From: Lama glama
Taxonomy: Eukaryota
Assembly: GCA_028534125.1 (NCBI GenBank)
Contig: CM052817.1
Location: forward strand, 43,898,001 to 43,962,000
Length of the DNA stretch: 64,000 bases
Direction: 5' to 3'
Part shown: piece by piece, positions 38,784 to 52,299 of the stretch
Layout of the letters: each line of letters starts with the position of its first letter
How positions within the stretch are numbered: the stretch's first letter is position 1
Translations under genes and position numbers: made by a program
Notes under the pieces: generated by a model
What the model saw: the letters and a program-made list of their open reading frames with translations, nothing else
Databases searched by the model: none
Told to the model about the DNA's origin: nothing

Positions 38784-41700
38784 AAAAAGAATGTTCATTC
38801 TGTGGTTGTTTGGTGCAGCATTCTATGTGTATTAAAGTTTATTAATTGTTTTAATGTGTTATATATACTTAATGATTACTTTTTTATTCACTACAGATAG
38901 GGCTATGTTAAAGTGTCCCACTTTGTAGATTTGTTTATTCTTGTAGCTCTTACAGCTTTTAATTGTATATATTGAGGGTGTATTTTCATGTGTTTTTTCT
39001 TTCTAATTATTTGAAACTTTTATCATTATGCTGTTCTTATTACTTTGATATTAATATAACTTCATGAAAACAGATAGTTGTATGAGTTCTGTTTTGTTTG
39101 AATTTGCACTGTATATCTTTTTCTGGTTTTTTTATGTTAAACCTTTCTTTATTCCTTTTTTTTTTTTTTTTAAGTATTTCCTTCTGTCTGCTTGCTCTGG
39201 GTTAATTTTGTTCTTTTTGTTTGAAGTAAAAATATATATTGTTGATGTGAAAGCTTTCCTCTTGTTTAATGTGAGTATGTAGCAATATATACTATGTATT
39301 TTCCCTCTCAGAACTCCTTTAGCAGCATTCCATACATTTTGATATGTTGTATTTTAATCTGTTCAATATATATTTTAAAATTTCCTTTGAATCTTCCTCT
39401 TTTTTCATGGATTATTTAGAAATGTCTTACTTCATTCCCTGTTGTCTGTTAGTAACTTTTTATTTGATTCCAGTTTGGGACCTGTTGGGAAACATTCTGT
39501 ATTATTTCCATTTTTTAAAATTTATTGAGGTTTGTTTTATTGTTTATCTTGGTAAATATTATATGAGTGCTTGAAAAAAGTATATATTCTGCAGTTGTTG
39601 GGTAGAGTATTATGTAACTTCAAATTAGATCATATTGGTTGTTGGTGGTATTTAATTCTTTTTTTTTTTTTGTAACTTTCTATCTAGTAGTCTTATTAAA
39701 TGCTGATATTACAGTGCTGAAATTGCCAGCCGTGATTGTGGATTTGTGTATTTCTTCTTTCAGCTTTGTCAGGTTTTGCTTCATGCATTTTAAAGTTGTG
39801 TTGTTTGGTGTATACATATTTAGGATTGCTGCATCTTCTTGGTGGATTGATCTTTTCATCCTTATGTAATGATCTTCTTTGTTCCTAGTATCATCTTTGC
39901 TCTTAAGTTTACTTTGTCTTATATTAATATAACCACTCTACTTATTTTTTGTTTAATGTTAGCATGGTGTATTTTTTTTTAAATCCTCTTAGTTTCAACT
40001 TTATGTTGTTGTATCTGAAGTGAATTTCTTGTATCAGCGTACATTTGAGTTATGTGTCATGTTTTTTATCTACTCTGTGAAGTTTCCACTCTTTTAATTT
40101 GTATATTAGGCCATTTACATTTTAAAGTAATTATTGATATGTAGAACTTAAGTCAGCCATTTTATTACTTGTATTCTGTTTATTTCCTTTGTTTCTCCTT
40201 CATTTATCCTTTTTTGGTTTCTTGTGGATTAAACTTTTTTTTAGGATTCCATCTTATTTTATATATCTGTTTTTGAGTATATTGTCTTGTATAGTTTTCT
40301 TAGTGGTTAACTGAGATATGAAAATAAACATACTTAGCACAGTCTATTGATAATGGTGTGTTATCACTGTAAGTGAGCTATTGATGTCCCACTTCTGTTT
40401 AAGCCGCTTCACCCTCCCCGCTTTTAAAATGTAATTGTCCCTACGATTTCCTCTGACTGCACTGAATACCACCACACAGATGTTACAGTTTCTGCTTCAG
40501 CCAGCAGATGTGATTTAAAAAGCTCATGTGAGCAAGGTTCATCTATTATGTTTACCCCTAATTTTACTCATTCCTTGTTCCTTCTGTTTCTTCTGCTGTT
40601 ACTTTCTTTTTGTCTAGAGACCTTCCTTTAGCCACTTGTTTATGGGCAGGTCTGCTAGCAACAGAGTCTCTTAGTTTTCCTTTGATAACATCTTTTTTTT
40701 CCCCTTGATCTTTGAAGGAAAGTTTTGCTGGACATAGAATTTAAGATTGAAGTTTTCTTTTAGCACTTGAAAAATGTCGTATCACATCTTCTGGCCATCA
40801 TGGTTTTAGGAAAGAAACCCATTGTTCCCCTTAAGATAATGTGTCATTTCTCTGGTATTTTTGAGATTCGTTGTCTTTAGTTTTCAGCAATTTCATTATG
40901 ATGTGACTTTGTATGGATTTCTTTGGGTGTATTCTGTTTGAAGTTTGCTCATCTTCTTACACTTGTACGTTTATGTTGTTTACTAAATTTGGGGATTTTT
41001 AGTCTCTTAGAATTATCTTTAGAATACTCTTTAAGTCTACATTCTTTCTCCTCTCCTCCTGGAGTCTGATGATGTGAATCTTAGATCATTTGTTAATAGT
41101 CCCACAGGTCCCTCAAGCTCTGTCCTTTTTTTTTTTTTTTTTTTAGTTTTCTTTTTATTGTTCATATTGAGTAAATTAATTCTCCTGATTTGTTCCCAAA
41201 TGCATTTGTTTTATCTTTTGTTATCTCTATTATTGTGCCCTTCCAGCGAGTTTTATCATTTTGGTTACTGAATTTATCAGTTTAATAATTTCTATTTGGT
41301 CTTTTAAAAAGTGTGTAGCTTCTATTTCTTTGCTGGGGTTTTCTATATCTTCGTTTGTTTCAAGAGAATTTGTAATTAGTTTTGAAGCAGCTCTGTGATG
41401 ACTGCATTGAAATTTCTGTCAGATAATTTCAGTGTATGAATCATCTCTGTGTTGTCTGTTGGTAGTTTTTTCTCACTTAAGTTGTGATTTTCCTGGTCTT
41501 TGGTATAATCTGTGATTTTCACTTGTGCCGGAAACTCTACCATTTTAAAATCTCAGTAGCAGGCAACTACCCAGTTTAGGATTAGCATGTGAGTTCTGCT
41601 TGCTCTTCCAGGATCTCAGGTAGAACCCCCACTGTGGGAAGACCAGGCCCAGTGCTGCTGGCTGCTGTGAGGTGTGGGGTGGGTTGGCTTTCTTGGACTC

Positions 41701-42214
41701 TGTTGATGTTGCCCCTGCCACTGGGTGTGGTTTCCCACCTAGTCACTGCTTGGCTTCTCCTTTTTCACTCCTTTGGCCAAAGAAATCGGGCTTTTCTTGC
41801 TACTCCCTACCACCCCTCTGGCCCCCACCCCAATTCCTGGTGGCTTCAAGGCTGGTTTCAGGGCTATCTAGAAGTTAGTGTGGCATGTATGGGATATAAA
41901 ATGTGATAAACAACTGTTCTCCCGTTTCCAGGTATGATGCTAGAGACTTATTAAGATGCTAACTGCTGTCTCTTGTGTTCATTGTAATGAGAATAGACTT
42001 ATCTTCAATTATGACCCAAATTCTGGTGCTTTGTCTCTAGGACCATACAGATTTTTCTATTAAGCAGTCTTTATTGTATTTGCTAGTTGCCCATATAATT
42101 CCATATTCCTATCCTTTGTCATATCATTGGCCATGCAATTTCATCTTTGAAAAAAGTAAATTTTAAGTATATGTCACACATATTATTGTCCTTATAAAGA
42201 TGGGTGTGTATCCT

Positions 42215-42372
42215 TGTAGACATTTCTGTAGACATTTCTGTAGACATTTACACACAAAAATTATACCAGCAAGTTTTATGGTATTTGTGTATGTGTTTAA
42301 AATTTTTTTCTAATAAAATGTATCATTTTTATTAATATATCATTTTTCTAATAAAACGTATCATTTTTATTA
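42215..42372. repeat. 12-bp triplet repeat and adjacent ~38-bp imperfect tandem duplication
   Basis: (tgtagacatttc)x~3 at 42215-42249; ttttctaataaaa(t/c)gtatcatttttatta twice at ~42306-42371. Confidence 0.85.
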
Positions 42373-43265
42373 TTTATCATTTATTTTTCTTTTTTCCACT
42401 CAGCAGTATTTCTTGTATACCTTTCCGCTTTCGCGTACATGTATCTTTTTTTCTTTTAAACTGTAGCATAGACTTCTGTAAAGTGGATATTTGCCATTTA
42501 CCATTGTTTTTGCTATTACAAACGATGGTATAATGAATATCTATTTGAATGCTGCTTTAAGCAGATAGGGCTGACCCCAAGAAATAGAACTGCTGGCTCA
42601 CAGGCACAAGAATGTTTTAAATTTTAAAAGGTGATGCCAATTTGTCCTCTCAAATAGCTCTACCAATTTGTATTCCCATCAGTTATACATTCAGGTGTCT
42701 GTTTCTTATTACCTTTACCAACCTTTGATATTACTAAACTTAAATTTTACTTTTTTGGTCAACCTGGATAAAGACCTGCTAACTCATCTTATAATTTTTC
42801 CTGGTTACTGGTGAGAGTGTATTTTCCTATGTTTTTGTTCTTTCATTATTTTGGAGAATACTGTACATTTTACTTATACTGATATATTGTGCTGTGTTAG
42901 TTAAAATGTATCAGTTAAGATTTGGAAATGACATCACCTTACTTGTTTTATTTTGATAATTTTCTTGCTTTCTTAATTTTTAACCATTTGCTAATAAGGA
43001 TCCCAGCAACTAGAAGGTTCTTTGTTTACTCTTCATTATGTTTATATAGTTGGCTTTCCATTTTTGAGATAGTTGCCATGATTCTGGCTTGGCACCCCTA
43101 GCAGGCATGATTATTTTCCAGAATTCAGTGTGTTGAACCAGCTGGATGGTTTGTCATGTTATGATAACCTTTATTCCTTTCCCGGCAAGATATGGACTAT
43201 GCAAAATAATGTTTATTTCACTTTGGGTAAATTATGGCTCCTAAAACAGGCATCTTTTAGGTAGA

Positions 43266-43751
43266 CTTTTTTCTGTACAATGTAGTTCTTATCTCTTGCT
43301 CTGCATTGACATTATAAAAGAGAGAAAGATTAAAATTAGGAAATGAAAGCTTCATTAGAAAATTTAATAATGTTAATTTTTTTTGACTTTGGTCAAAATT
43401 TCTGTGACTGGATGAAAATAGAATGTTTTTGCTTTGGAAATACATTTCTTAGCCACTGATTCTCTGGGTAAATTTGTAGACTTGAATCAGATTGTCCTAT
43501 AATTGCCAATGTTTTGAAAAGGGAGAAGAAAAAAGGGTAGTTAAATCTTAACTTAGTAAATTTTCTTTCATCTGATCGTTAGGTAGCATTTTGTCCCATG
43601 GTATTGATAATCATATCTGAGCAATTAATGTTTAACCAGTGCTACCTTTTTTCTGTACAATGTAGTTCTTACCTTTTGCTTTGTATTGATATTATAAAAG
43701 AAAGAAAGATTGAAATTAGGAAATGAAAGCCCCATTAGAAAATTTAATAAT
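43266..43751 (+). repeat. 106-bp direct repeat pair (43266-43371 and 43646-43751)
   Basis: Ungapped manual alignment, 9 mismatches in 106 bp, offset 380 bp. Confidence 0.95.
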
Positions 43752-44188
43752 TTTCATTATACATTCACTTTTTTTTTCTGTTTCAAAAATGTTTGACTAT
43801 TTTAGTTCATCAGTGTGTTGAAACTTCACATAGCTTTGATTTTCCAGCAGGGAACAAGGCTGGGTCAACAAAGTTTACATGTATAATTAAGACATAAGGT
43901 TCTACTTAAGGTTTTAAATAAGTACTTTTCATAACTACTATGTAAGTAGAATTACTATTAATGAATTTCCTCATGTTCTTTTGGTTATTAATTATGTGTT
44001 TTCTGCATAGCTCTTTGTCAACTTCTTTCACCTTCTAAATCGTCATTATATTTCAGTATTAGATTTTTAAATCAGTTTTGTGGGTCATTATAGCTGAAGA
44101 GAAAACAGAAGTTGATTTGACGTTATAAAGTAAATGATACTGACTTTAGGAATACGAGAAATCATGTTAAAAAAATTGTTTTTTCCAG

Positions 44189-44257
44189 TTCATCCAGAGC
44201 AGCTTCCTCCGAGGCCATGGATTACATTAAAAGAACGAGACCAAATTCTGCCATCAG
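44189..44257 (+). CDS. CNOT6L: CNOT6L exon 6, linker (VHPEQLPPRPWITLKERDQILPS)
   Basis: ttccag|TTCATCCA ... TCAG|gtaaat; 69 nt, phase 1-1. Confidence 0.95.
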
Positions 44258-45724
44258 GTAAATAGTTTTTCTTATTCTTCCTTGACTTTTTTCAGAAATA
44301 CTTGAAATGCCGTTTGGGCTTTGTGATATAATTAACAAGGCTTCGTGTTACCTCCCCTGAGTGGAAGAGTTTAAAAATACTGATGGATAGACTTCAAATC
44401 CATACTAAGGCTTATGTACAAGAATCTCTTATCTTTCACAATAATGCAGCTCTTGGTTTTAAAATTATTTCTTGTAATAGAGCTTTCTAAATGGCATCTT
44501 CACATAAGGTTGGGGGATTTAAGAAAAATGATAATGATGAATTTTCTTCTGAAAAATTTTAAACTACTTAGGCACTTAATCTTTCTTGCACATATAAACT
44601 GATAATACTTGTAGAAGGATAATTTAGACCAAGTCACATTTACTGTATTGAAAACAAAATATGATTCCAGGCCAAAAGTATAGAAATGATCTAGGGTGTA
44701 GTTTTGAGGAATTTAATGATATAATTTAACATTTCTAGAATTGTAGTAAGGTAGAAAATACAAACTTTTATCTCTTTGTGTGGGCCAATGATGATTTGAC
44801 ATTTATAGGGCTTGTTACTGCTTATTAGATATTTTTTGATTGAGAATTCTACTTGAAATAGGAATTAATATTTCTCCAGATGCCTTCTTTTTAATCATGT
44901 CATATTTTTCATGACATGTAACTTTATTTTAAAATTAAAAATGAAAATTTACTATTTAATTATGAAGGTAAACTAATCACTGAATACTGATACTTAATAT
45001 TTTTATTGAAGTATAATTGCTTACAATATTATGTAAGTTACAGATGTATAATATAATGATTCACAAATTACTTAATTTTTAAAGGGCAAATCACAAGAAT
45101 TTTTGTGTACTTTTTAAACAGTATAAAACCCTTCTGTTTGTGAGGGTTTTTTTTTTTTAAGGTAAGAAGTAAAAAGACTCAAAAAAAAGTCATTTGCTTT
45201 GGTATCAGGAAATGTGGGAAGTGTAACATCTTCATGGTTCTATTTGAGTTTTAAAAGCACTGAGAAATGTTAACATATATAGTACATATCTCTTATCTTC
45301 CAGAAGTAATAATTTTAAAACCACCACACCCTAGAGCCATAGTATCAGCCCAAGTGGCAGGATGTTACTGTGAATAACACTTCTATTTTCAGAGTGCATA
45401 TTGACTGTCTTAAAAGGAATGCCTAAGATTTTCTACAAAGCCTTAAGTTAGGCAGATTTTTGTTTAGCCTTCCTTCATGTGTAAGTAATTAATTATTCTC
45501 TTTCTGGCATTAAAATGGTATCAAAAGCACCATTTTCTAGTTCTTCACAGTAATCTGTTTTTGAGCATGAGTGAACATAATCTTGAAGAAGAGCTTTCCT
45601 AATATCGCATACCTACATTGCCATTAAGAAAAGGAACAATAGAAACACGTTTTCATTTGTTGTTGAATTCTCAGATAATGAATTCTTGAGTATTCCTTAT
45701 TGGAAAACCAGTATGGATTTTTCT

Positions 45725-46060
45725 TGGGATGTTTCCCCAATGTGTGTCTGTCCATTATAATCATCTGGGATGCTTTTTAAAAATATTAACACCCAGATGC
45801 TAACATACTGACTTAATTAGTCTGGAGTAGGGTTTTTTAAGCTCTACAAAGTGATTCTAGTGGGCAGACAGGATAGAGAATTAGTGATTGAAATCAGGGC
45901 TTTTCAAACTGATATTTGTATACATACGAATCACCTGGGGATTTGTTAAATTGCAGGTTCTGATTCAGTAAGTCTTTGTGAGGCCAGAAATTCTGCATTT
46001 CTGTGTTCCAGGGTGATAACTGATACTGCTGGTACTTAGAGCACACTTCTGAGTAGCAAG
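45725..46060. mobile_element. Two adjacent MER5-type hAT-Charlie MITEs
   Basis: aatcatctgggatgctttttaaaaat and gaatcacctggggatttgttaaattgcaggttctgattcagtaagtct ... cacttctgagtagcaag. Confidence 0.7.
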
Positions 46061-46620
46061 CTGCGTTCTCATAATCGTTTACTCATAGTCCTTTTATAGT
46101 TCAAAGCATTTTAAAATGAGAAGCTAATGAGCATTTGATTTGATAAAAAGGATTCTCTTATAACTAAATTTTGTCAGTCCCTATTCTGACTCAGAACAGT
46201 AAGAGGCCCAAAAAAGTATTATGTATGGGTATTTTGTTTAATATGCATTAATACAATTAGAGCCTTTTAATGAGAAAGAAGCGGAAAAAAAGTTTACTTT
46301 TGTTCCATTTTTATGTCAAATTACGTGCAAAAATTAGCATTCTGATTTAAAATTTAAATTTTTATTTATTAAAATGTCTTAAAAACTCAAATATAAACTA
46401 TTAGTCTAATTGTGGTAAAAGAACTTTGGTGTGATGGACTCCAGTGAAATTTTTGTAGATACTGTTTAAGAGAATCTTACCCAAGGTATTTCACAGTGAT
46501 GTTATTTGGGGTATGTTTGTGTGCCGTGTGTGCTTGTGTAGGTGTATACATGATATTGCTTTAGAAAAGATTGCCTAATTTTCTCCCTTTTGTCTGTTGT
46601 TTGTTCTCCCACTTCTTCAG

Positions 46621-46778
46621 CATCATTCACGGTTATGTGTTACAATGTGTTATGTGATAAATACGCCACCCGGCAGCTATATGGCTATTGCCCATCCTGG
46701 GCATTAAACTGGGAATACAGGAAAAAGGGAATTATGGAAGAAATTGTTAACTGTGACGCAGATATCATTAGTCTTCAG
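46621..46778 (+). CDS. CNOT6L: CNOT6L exon 7, start of EEP nuclease domain (ASFTVMCYNVLCDKYAT...DADIISLQ)
   Basis: cttcag|CATCATTC ... CTTCAG|gtaaca; YNVL motif of EEP nucleases. Confidence 0.97.
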
Positions 46779-47697
46779 GTAACACTACAGAAATTAAATT
46801 GTCTTTAACTTAAAGGTGAACCTAAAAAGAATAGATCTTAACTTCTAGAAGATTCTGTGTTTGAAGCAAAACTCAAAGGAATTATTTTCTCACCTCTTTA
46901 AAAAGAGGGCAATTTTAATAAGCACTCAAGATACAGCTACACTGAAACTACTTTGCTAAGTGCAGCCATCCCATCCACTTATTTACTTTATTCTGAAGTG
47001 AAAACAATCTGACTTCCTGGGAAATAAGAAGAAGTAGAATCTTCCAAAATTAAATTTTCTTCGAAACACTGAGCACTGACAGAGAACTGGGGAGGAAGAG
47101 GCGAAGAGAAGTAGTCTTGTTGTAGTTACTTAATTGTCCTCCTTTTGATTCAGCATCTGTAGTCCTAACAGCCCCACTCTTTTGCAAGTATAGTTTGATA
47201 AAAACATCATAGTTTAAAAAATATTTTCTTATTATAAAAGTAATACTGTATTATAAAGTGTTCATTCTAGAGAAGTTGGACATTTTGAAAAACCCTAATC
47301 CCATATCCCAAAGGTAGTTGCTGTGTTAAAACTTCTGAAGTATTTCTTGTATGCATGTTTTTTAATTCATTTGCCTATTTATTTACAGATAAAATTTCAA
47401 AATAAGAGACCACATCATACTGTTGATGTATTTGCTTCTTTTTTATTGTACTTGATGCACTTTCCATATTATTAAAATTCTCCAAAGCCAATTATATGAA
47501 TATATAATAATTGATTTAGCATTTTCCCTGTTGGACATTCAGGCTTTTTTAAGTTTTTACTGTTATAAAATCATGTAGTTAGATAATATTTGTTATGTGA
47601 ACTGTTTTAACTTAGTCACACCTTACTTATAATGCTGCACCTTTTTATATCTTAGTTTTCCTCTGTCATGTCGATAATAACATGTCTTTCATCTCAG

Positions 47698-47852
47698 GAA
47701 GTGGAAACAGAGCAATACTTCACTCTCTTTCTGCCAGCATTGAAGGAGCGTGGATATGACGGATTTTTTTCTCCAAAGTCACGTGCCAAAATCATGTCTG
47801 AGCAGGAGAGAAAGCATGTGGACGGTTGTGCAATATTCTTCAAAACAGAAAA
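47698..47852 (+). CDS. CNOT6L: CNOT6L exon 8 (EVETEQYFTLFLPALKERGY...DGCAIFFKTEK); first codon is the catalytic Glu (E240 human numbering)
   Basis: tctcag|GAAGTG ... GAAAA|gtgagt; completes the LQEV motif. Confidence 0.97.
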
Positions 47853-49529
47853 GTGAGTTTAGGAAACAAAGTATAATAGTGTACTTATTTCTTAAATACC
47901 GTACATTCAGAATTGTCTTTGGTTCGACCCTAAAATAAACAAAAAGCTAGAAAGCAAGTTACATAAAAGTTAAAATTGTTGGTAATGTTTCATTTCTTGG
48001 TCCGTGTATTAGAAATAAGAAGGTGTTATGTATGAGATGGAGATATGTGTAGATAGATAAGGGAAGACAGAGAGGCACAGAACTTATGATGGTGAGGAGT
48101 TTAAGGGACTGATTAAAACAGGACAGGGGAAAGCAGTCATGACCTGAAATGGAAAACAACGTGACCTGTGTTTTTTCATAGCTGTAATACAGTTGATTAA
48201 AGTACAGTCAAAGATAAGAATGTTACGATTCTGCTTATTAAAATATATGAACAATCTTGAGATGCCTCTATGCTTTCATATATTTGAGTTTAAAATGGAA
48301 AACAGTATCTGTTCGGAGTAGTTAGAATGAAATGAGGTAATGAATGCCTAGGTACTTTGTAAACCATAAAGTGTCCTGGAAATATTCTTATTATTGTCAT
48401 ATTTCTCTGTGTCTATAACCCTTTGAAATTTTAGTATTTCTCTCTTACTGGGTTTAATATGTTGTGTGCATCAAATTTAGGAAGTGCATGTCCTACCTGA
48501 GAGTGCAGAGCTGTAACACACTCAGAAGTTTCTCTCTTGAATGCTGGCTGAGTGAATAGATGGTTAGAGACAGCTTCTTTTGGTTATCATCCTGAGGAAA
48601 AGGGAGAAGCATATTTTTGCCTTATAAAGACTACCTATTTTACAGTGGAAAATTTGAAGGAGCCTCCAATAGAAGATTGAAATGTGTGGAGTCTGATAGA
48701 GGTTATATCTTATAGTTAATAATTTGGATTTGATACATGAAACCAGGGAATCATCTACTAATGGAATAAGCATATACACACTTGGAACTATTTTGCAATA
48801 TTTCTCTGTTTAGTTCCTAATATAACAAAGCAGTTCAATGTTTTTATTGATATAAGCCTATTACCAGCATGACATGTTATTTTAAGTAAGTGAATTAAGT
48901 GAATTTGAACGGTATTTGAGCCACTTCTCATCTATTTCTACCTACCTTTGTATCTTTTCTGTAAATCTTTAATAGAGATGTTCTCATTTGTTTAATTATT
49001 AGTGCATAGCCTTGTATTTGAGGTCAGGGTATACTAAATTCTTCTAATGGATTGGTGACTTTCTGTTTTACAAATTTTAAAATAACAATAGCCACTAGGT
49101 TCATAGTATTTACATGTCAGGATTTTCTTTTGTTTATATGAATTATGTTATTTAATTTTTAAAGCAATCCTCAGAGGTAGGACTAAAGCTATTTCCTCAT
49201 TTTTATAGACGAGGTAACCAAGACACAGAGTATCTGGCTTTATAGTCGATACTTTAAACACTGTACTAAACTGAACCTTTAGACTTCTTGTTTCGGCTTC
49301 CAGTATCACTTGTATCTCTTAAAAGATTGCCTCATTTGGAAAAATTGCCTTGAACTTTTTTCTTAACCTGTATTTATACGTAAATTTCCTTGAAACACCA
49401 TAATTTTAAAAAGTATTTATTAACATTGAGACAGGTGACATCAACCTGTTCTTCCATTTGCCATTGTTTCTTTCTAAAGATAATACATAAAATTTTTATC
49501 ACTCCCTTCACAGTTTTTTCCCACCGTTT

Positions 49530-49740
49530 GTTTCTTTTTAATTGAGTTATAATTACCATGCACTATTATATTAATTTCAGGTTTAGGACATGATTTCATA
49601 TTTCAATACATTATGATTTGATCACCGCAGTACGACCAGTAACCATCTGTCACCACACAAAGTTTTTACAGTACTGTTGACTGTATTCCCAACGTGTACA
49701 TTATATCCCTGTGACTTACTTATTTTATTTTATTTAAATA
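49530..49740 (-). mobile_element. L1 3'UTR fragment, antisense
   Basis: ttttaattgagttataattac ... gtaaccatctgtcaccacacaaag ... ttgactgtattccc. Confidence 0.7.
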
Positions 49741-52299
49741 TTTTATTCATTTATTTTTTAAAAACCTTCACAGTTTTGAGAGGAAAATGAAAAATGCTTT
49801 GTTAATTTACTAGAGGTAGTTAAGATTTTCAACTAACATAACTGTTATCTAGGACACTTTATACAACTGAGTATTTGAAAATTGACATTTGAGTTATTAA
49901 AAATGCTGTGAATTAGTTGAGATAAATAGACAGGAAAATACATAGATGCATCATTTGCATTTCTTTTCTTCTTCAACTTTTTGCCTAAATAGTATCATGA
50001 ATCCAGCAACAAAGACTTTGAGTGTGATATGTTATATCCTACCTCTTATGAACAGTGCCAGATAACTTGCTGATGTCATATGAGCTGACTAGCCAACCCC
50101 AGACTATCTGGAATTTAACACAAAGTGTACATCCGTCCATTTCTTGTAATTTCTTCCTCAGATTAGAGAGGTGATACAGTGCAAAGAAAAGACTGTTTTG
50201 AAGCCAGGTGGTTCTCCTACTTATGTAGCTGTATAATCTTGAATGAGTCACTCACCCTTTCTGGGCTTATTTTCTCATTTGTAAATTTTTGTATATTACC
50301 TTGTAAGATAATTTATATGGTTTACAAAACTTACAAAGTCAAAAGAAAGCTGTAAAAGAGTACTTCAACTCTCTATTCATTCTCAAGGTCTTATTCTTAA
50401 AACCAGAGTATTGGATAATTTCTAATCTTCATTGATGACAGTTTTTTCCCTTCATGGAAAACAGTGATACAGAATAGGTTACAATAAATGGAAACTATAC
50501 AATGATTATTTTTAGCAAAATATTATAATAAAAATCTCCATCCATCGTGATTGGAAGGATAGTGTATTGCTTAGTAATGGCTGGGACACAGATGAATATT
50601 CAGAGACTTCGAATACAGTAAAATACTCCTTATATCTTATTCATTCTAGTTTAATCTCTGGAATTCAGAAGGTACTTCAAGATTTGACAGCACCTTTTGG
50701 TCATCATTATAAGCATCAATTTTTGGGTAGTTAGATGCATAAGGATACCAGAAAATAGAAATTTTTGTTTAATGAAATTCCAGAAATCGGCTTTTTCTTT
50801 ATCCTTTATCTTAGTAAGTACTTTCTTCAGTTCAAGGTATTTTATAAAACACATACATACATATATACATGCATGCATTTTGTGTATATAAGGAGAGACT
50901 GTTATTACAGGTGTTTTTTAGAGTCACAGAATTAAATTTCTCTTTACCATGTTTTGTCCTATAGACTTATCAGTTAGTAAAAGTGGGGTCTTGGAGCCAG
51001 ATACACAATTTGAAGAAATCCAAATTGTTGAAAAATGGAGATGAAACCAGACCTAGATATTCGACTTACTTGTTGTTCCTGAGGTTAGCAGTTCTGATTT
51101 GATCATACTTTGTTTCAAATCAGTGAGAAAAGGAGAGATGAAAATAGCAGTTTTAGAACAAAGTGACCATTACACTGTGAAGAGGCAGTCTCTTCCAATT
51201 GCTTTGGAAAGTAGGTTGTCATGGTGCTCAGTCCCTGCAGTATTGCCTCTGTTGTCTGTGTCAGACATACCAGGTAAGGCCAAGTCCTTGTTTTTCCATC
51301 TGTATTACGACTGGTAGTTTTGTGGTTGAGAGGAGGGTATTCAGAGGTTAAATAGCATCATTCCAAATGACCTGTTGTGATAATCCTAATCTTACTAGTT
51401 TCTCAGTTAATAATTTTCTCTGTCATAAGTGGTGGTTGCAATTATAATTTAAAATCTGAGGTTGTGATTTCTGGTTTCTAATGTCAACATCCCCATTAAT
51501 TTAATCCAGAACATAAAATTACTGCTTTGTGCCAGTTTCCTTACCTTTCCAATATGGATAATAATTGTTCCGCCTAACTTAAGAGGCTTCTTAAGAGACT
51601 AAAATGATCAAGAATGTGAAAGTGCTCCCAATGGTTAAAAAATTGTACAAATATATAGGTAGGATGATGAATATCTACTTTTCTTCCTTATTTATCTGTC
51701 TCTAAGCTTACCTTTTCTAGCAGGTTATTTTCTGGCACTCTCATGATTACTTAAAGGGACAAAAGGACACATTTTATAGCATCTTATACTGAATATACAA
51801 TAAAAACTTCCATTTGGTTCAGGTTTAAGAGTCAGTTTAATTTGATCAGAAAGGGTCATGGTTAACTTTTGTGTGGCTATACTCTCTTCTTGATTTATGT
51901 ACTATGTTGTTCCTTGTGGCTCATAAATGAATTAGGGGAGGAAATATTAGTTAAGTCCTACAGGTTGCTTTGCTTGCTTGTAGTTGTCATTCACTGTCCT
52001 CTCTCTAGCATTAATTTAATCACACCACAGACCATAAAATTACTTCTAGATTGTAAATTAGTAAGAAATTGAGTTATTTCTTTTTTTGTATTTGAAGGAC
52101 TGTTTTGGACATGTTCAACCTAATAATCTTTCTCAAATCATGTAAGAAGAGTGGGATCTTTTTGTTTATTTTTTGGTCATACCCAATCTTCGTTATATAT
52201 GATACTTGACACCCATTTGACCTTCTGTGAAATAAGATTTTTTAAAAAGCAAATATACTGAAGCATTCTTAGACTAAAATAAAGGAAGATCACATCAGG

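Larger units (their letters stand above)
35820..41900 (-). mobile_element. Antisense L1 complex filling intron 5 (ORF2, ORF1 and 5' remnants) with nested elements
   Basis: Continuous T-rich antisense L1 motifs, e.g. attgtggatttgtgtatttcttctttcagctttgtcaggttttgcttcatgcattt, ctgctagcaacagagtctcttagttt. Confidence 0.75.

Noticed and set aside
45125..45158. Hairpin aaaaccct-loop-agggtttt followed by T-run, like a bacterial intrinsic terminator
   Set aside because: Mammalian intron; short stems are expected by chance. Same for 46892-46908 and 57661-57682.
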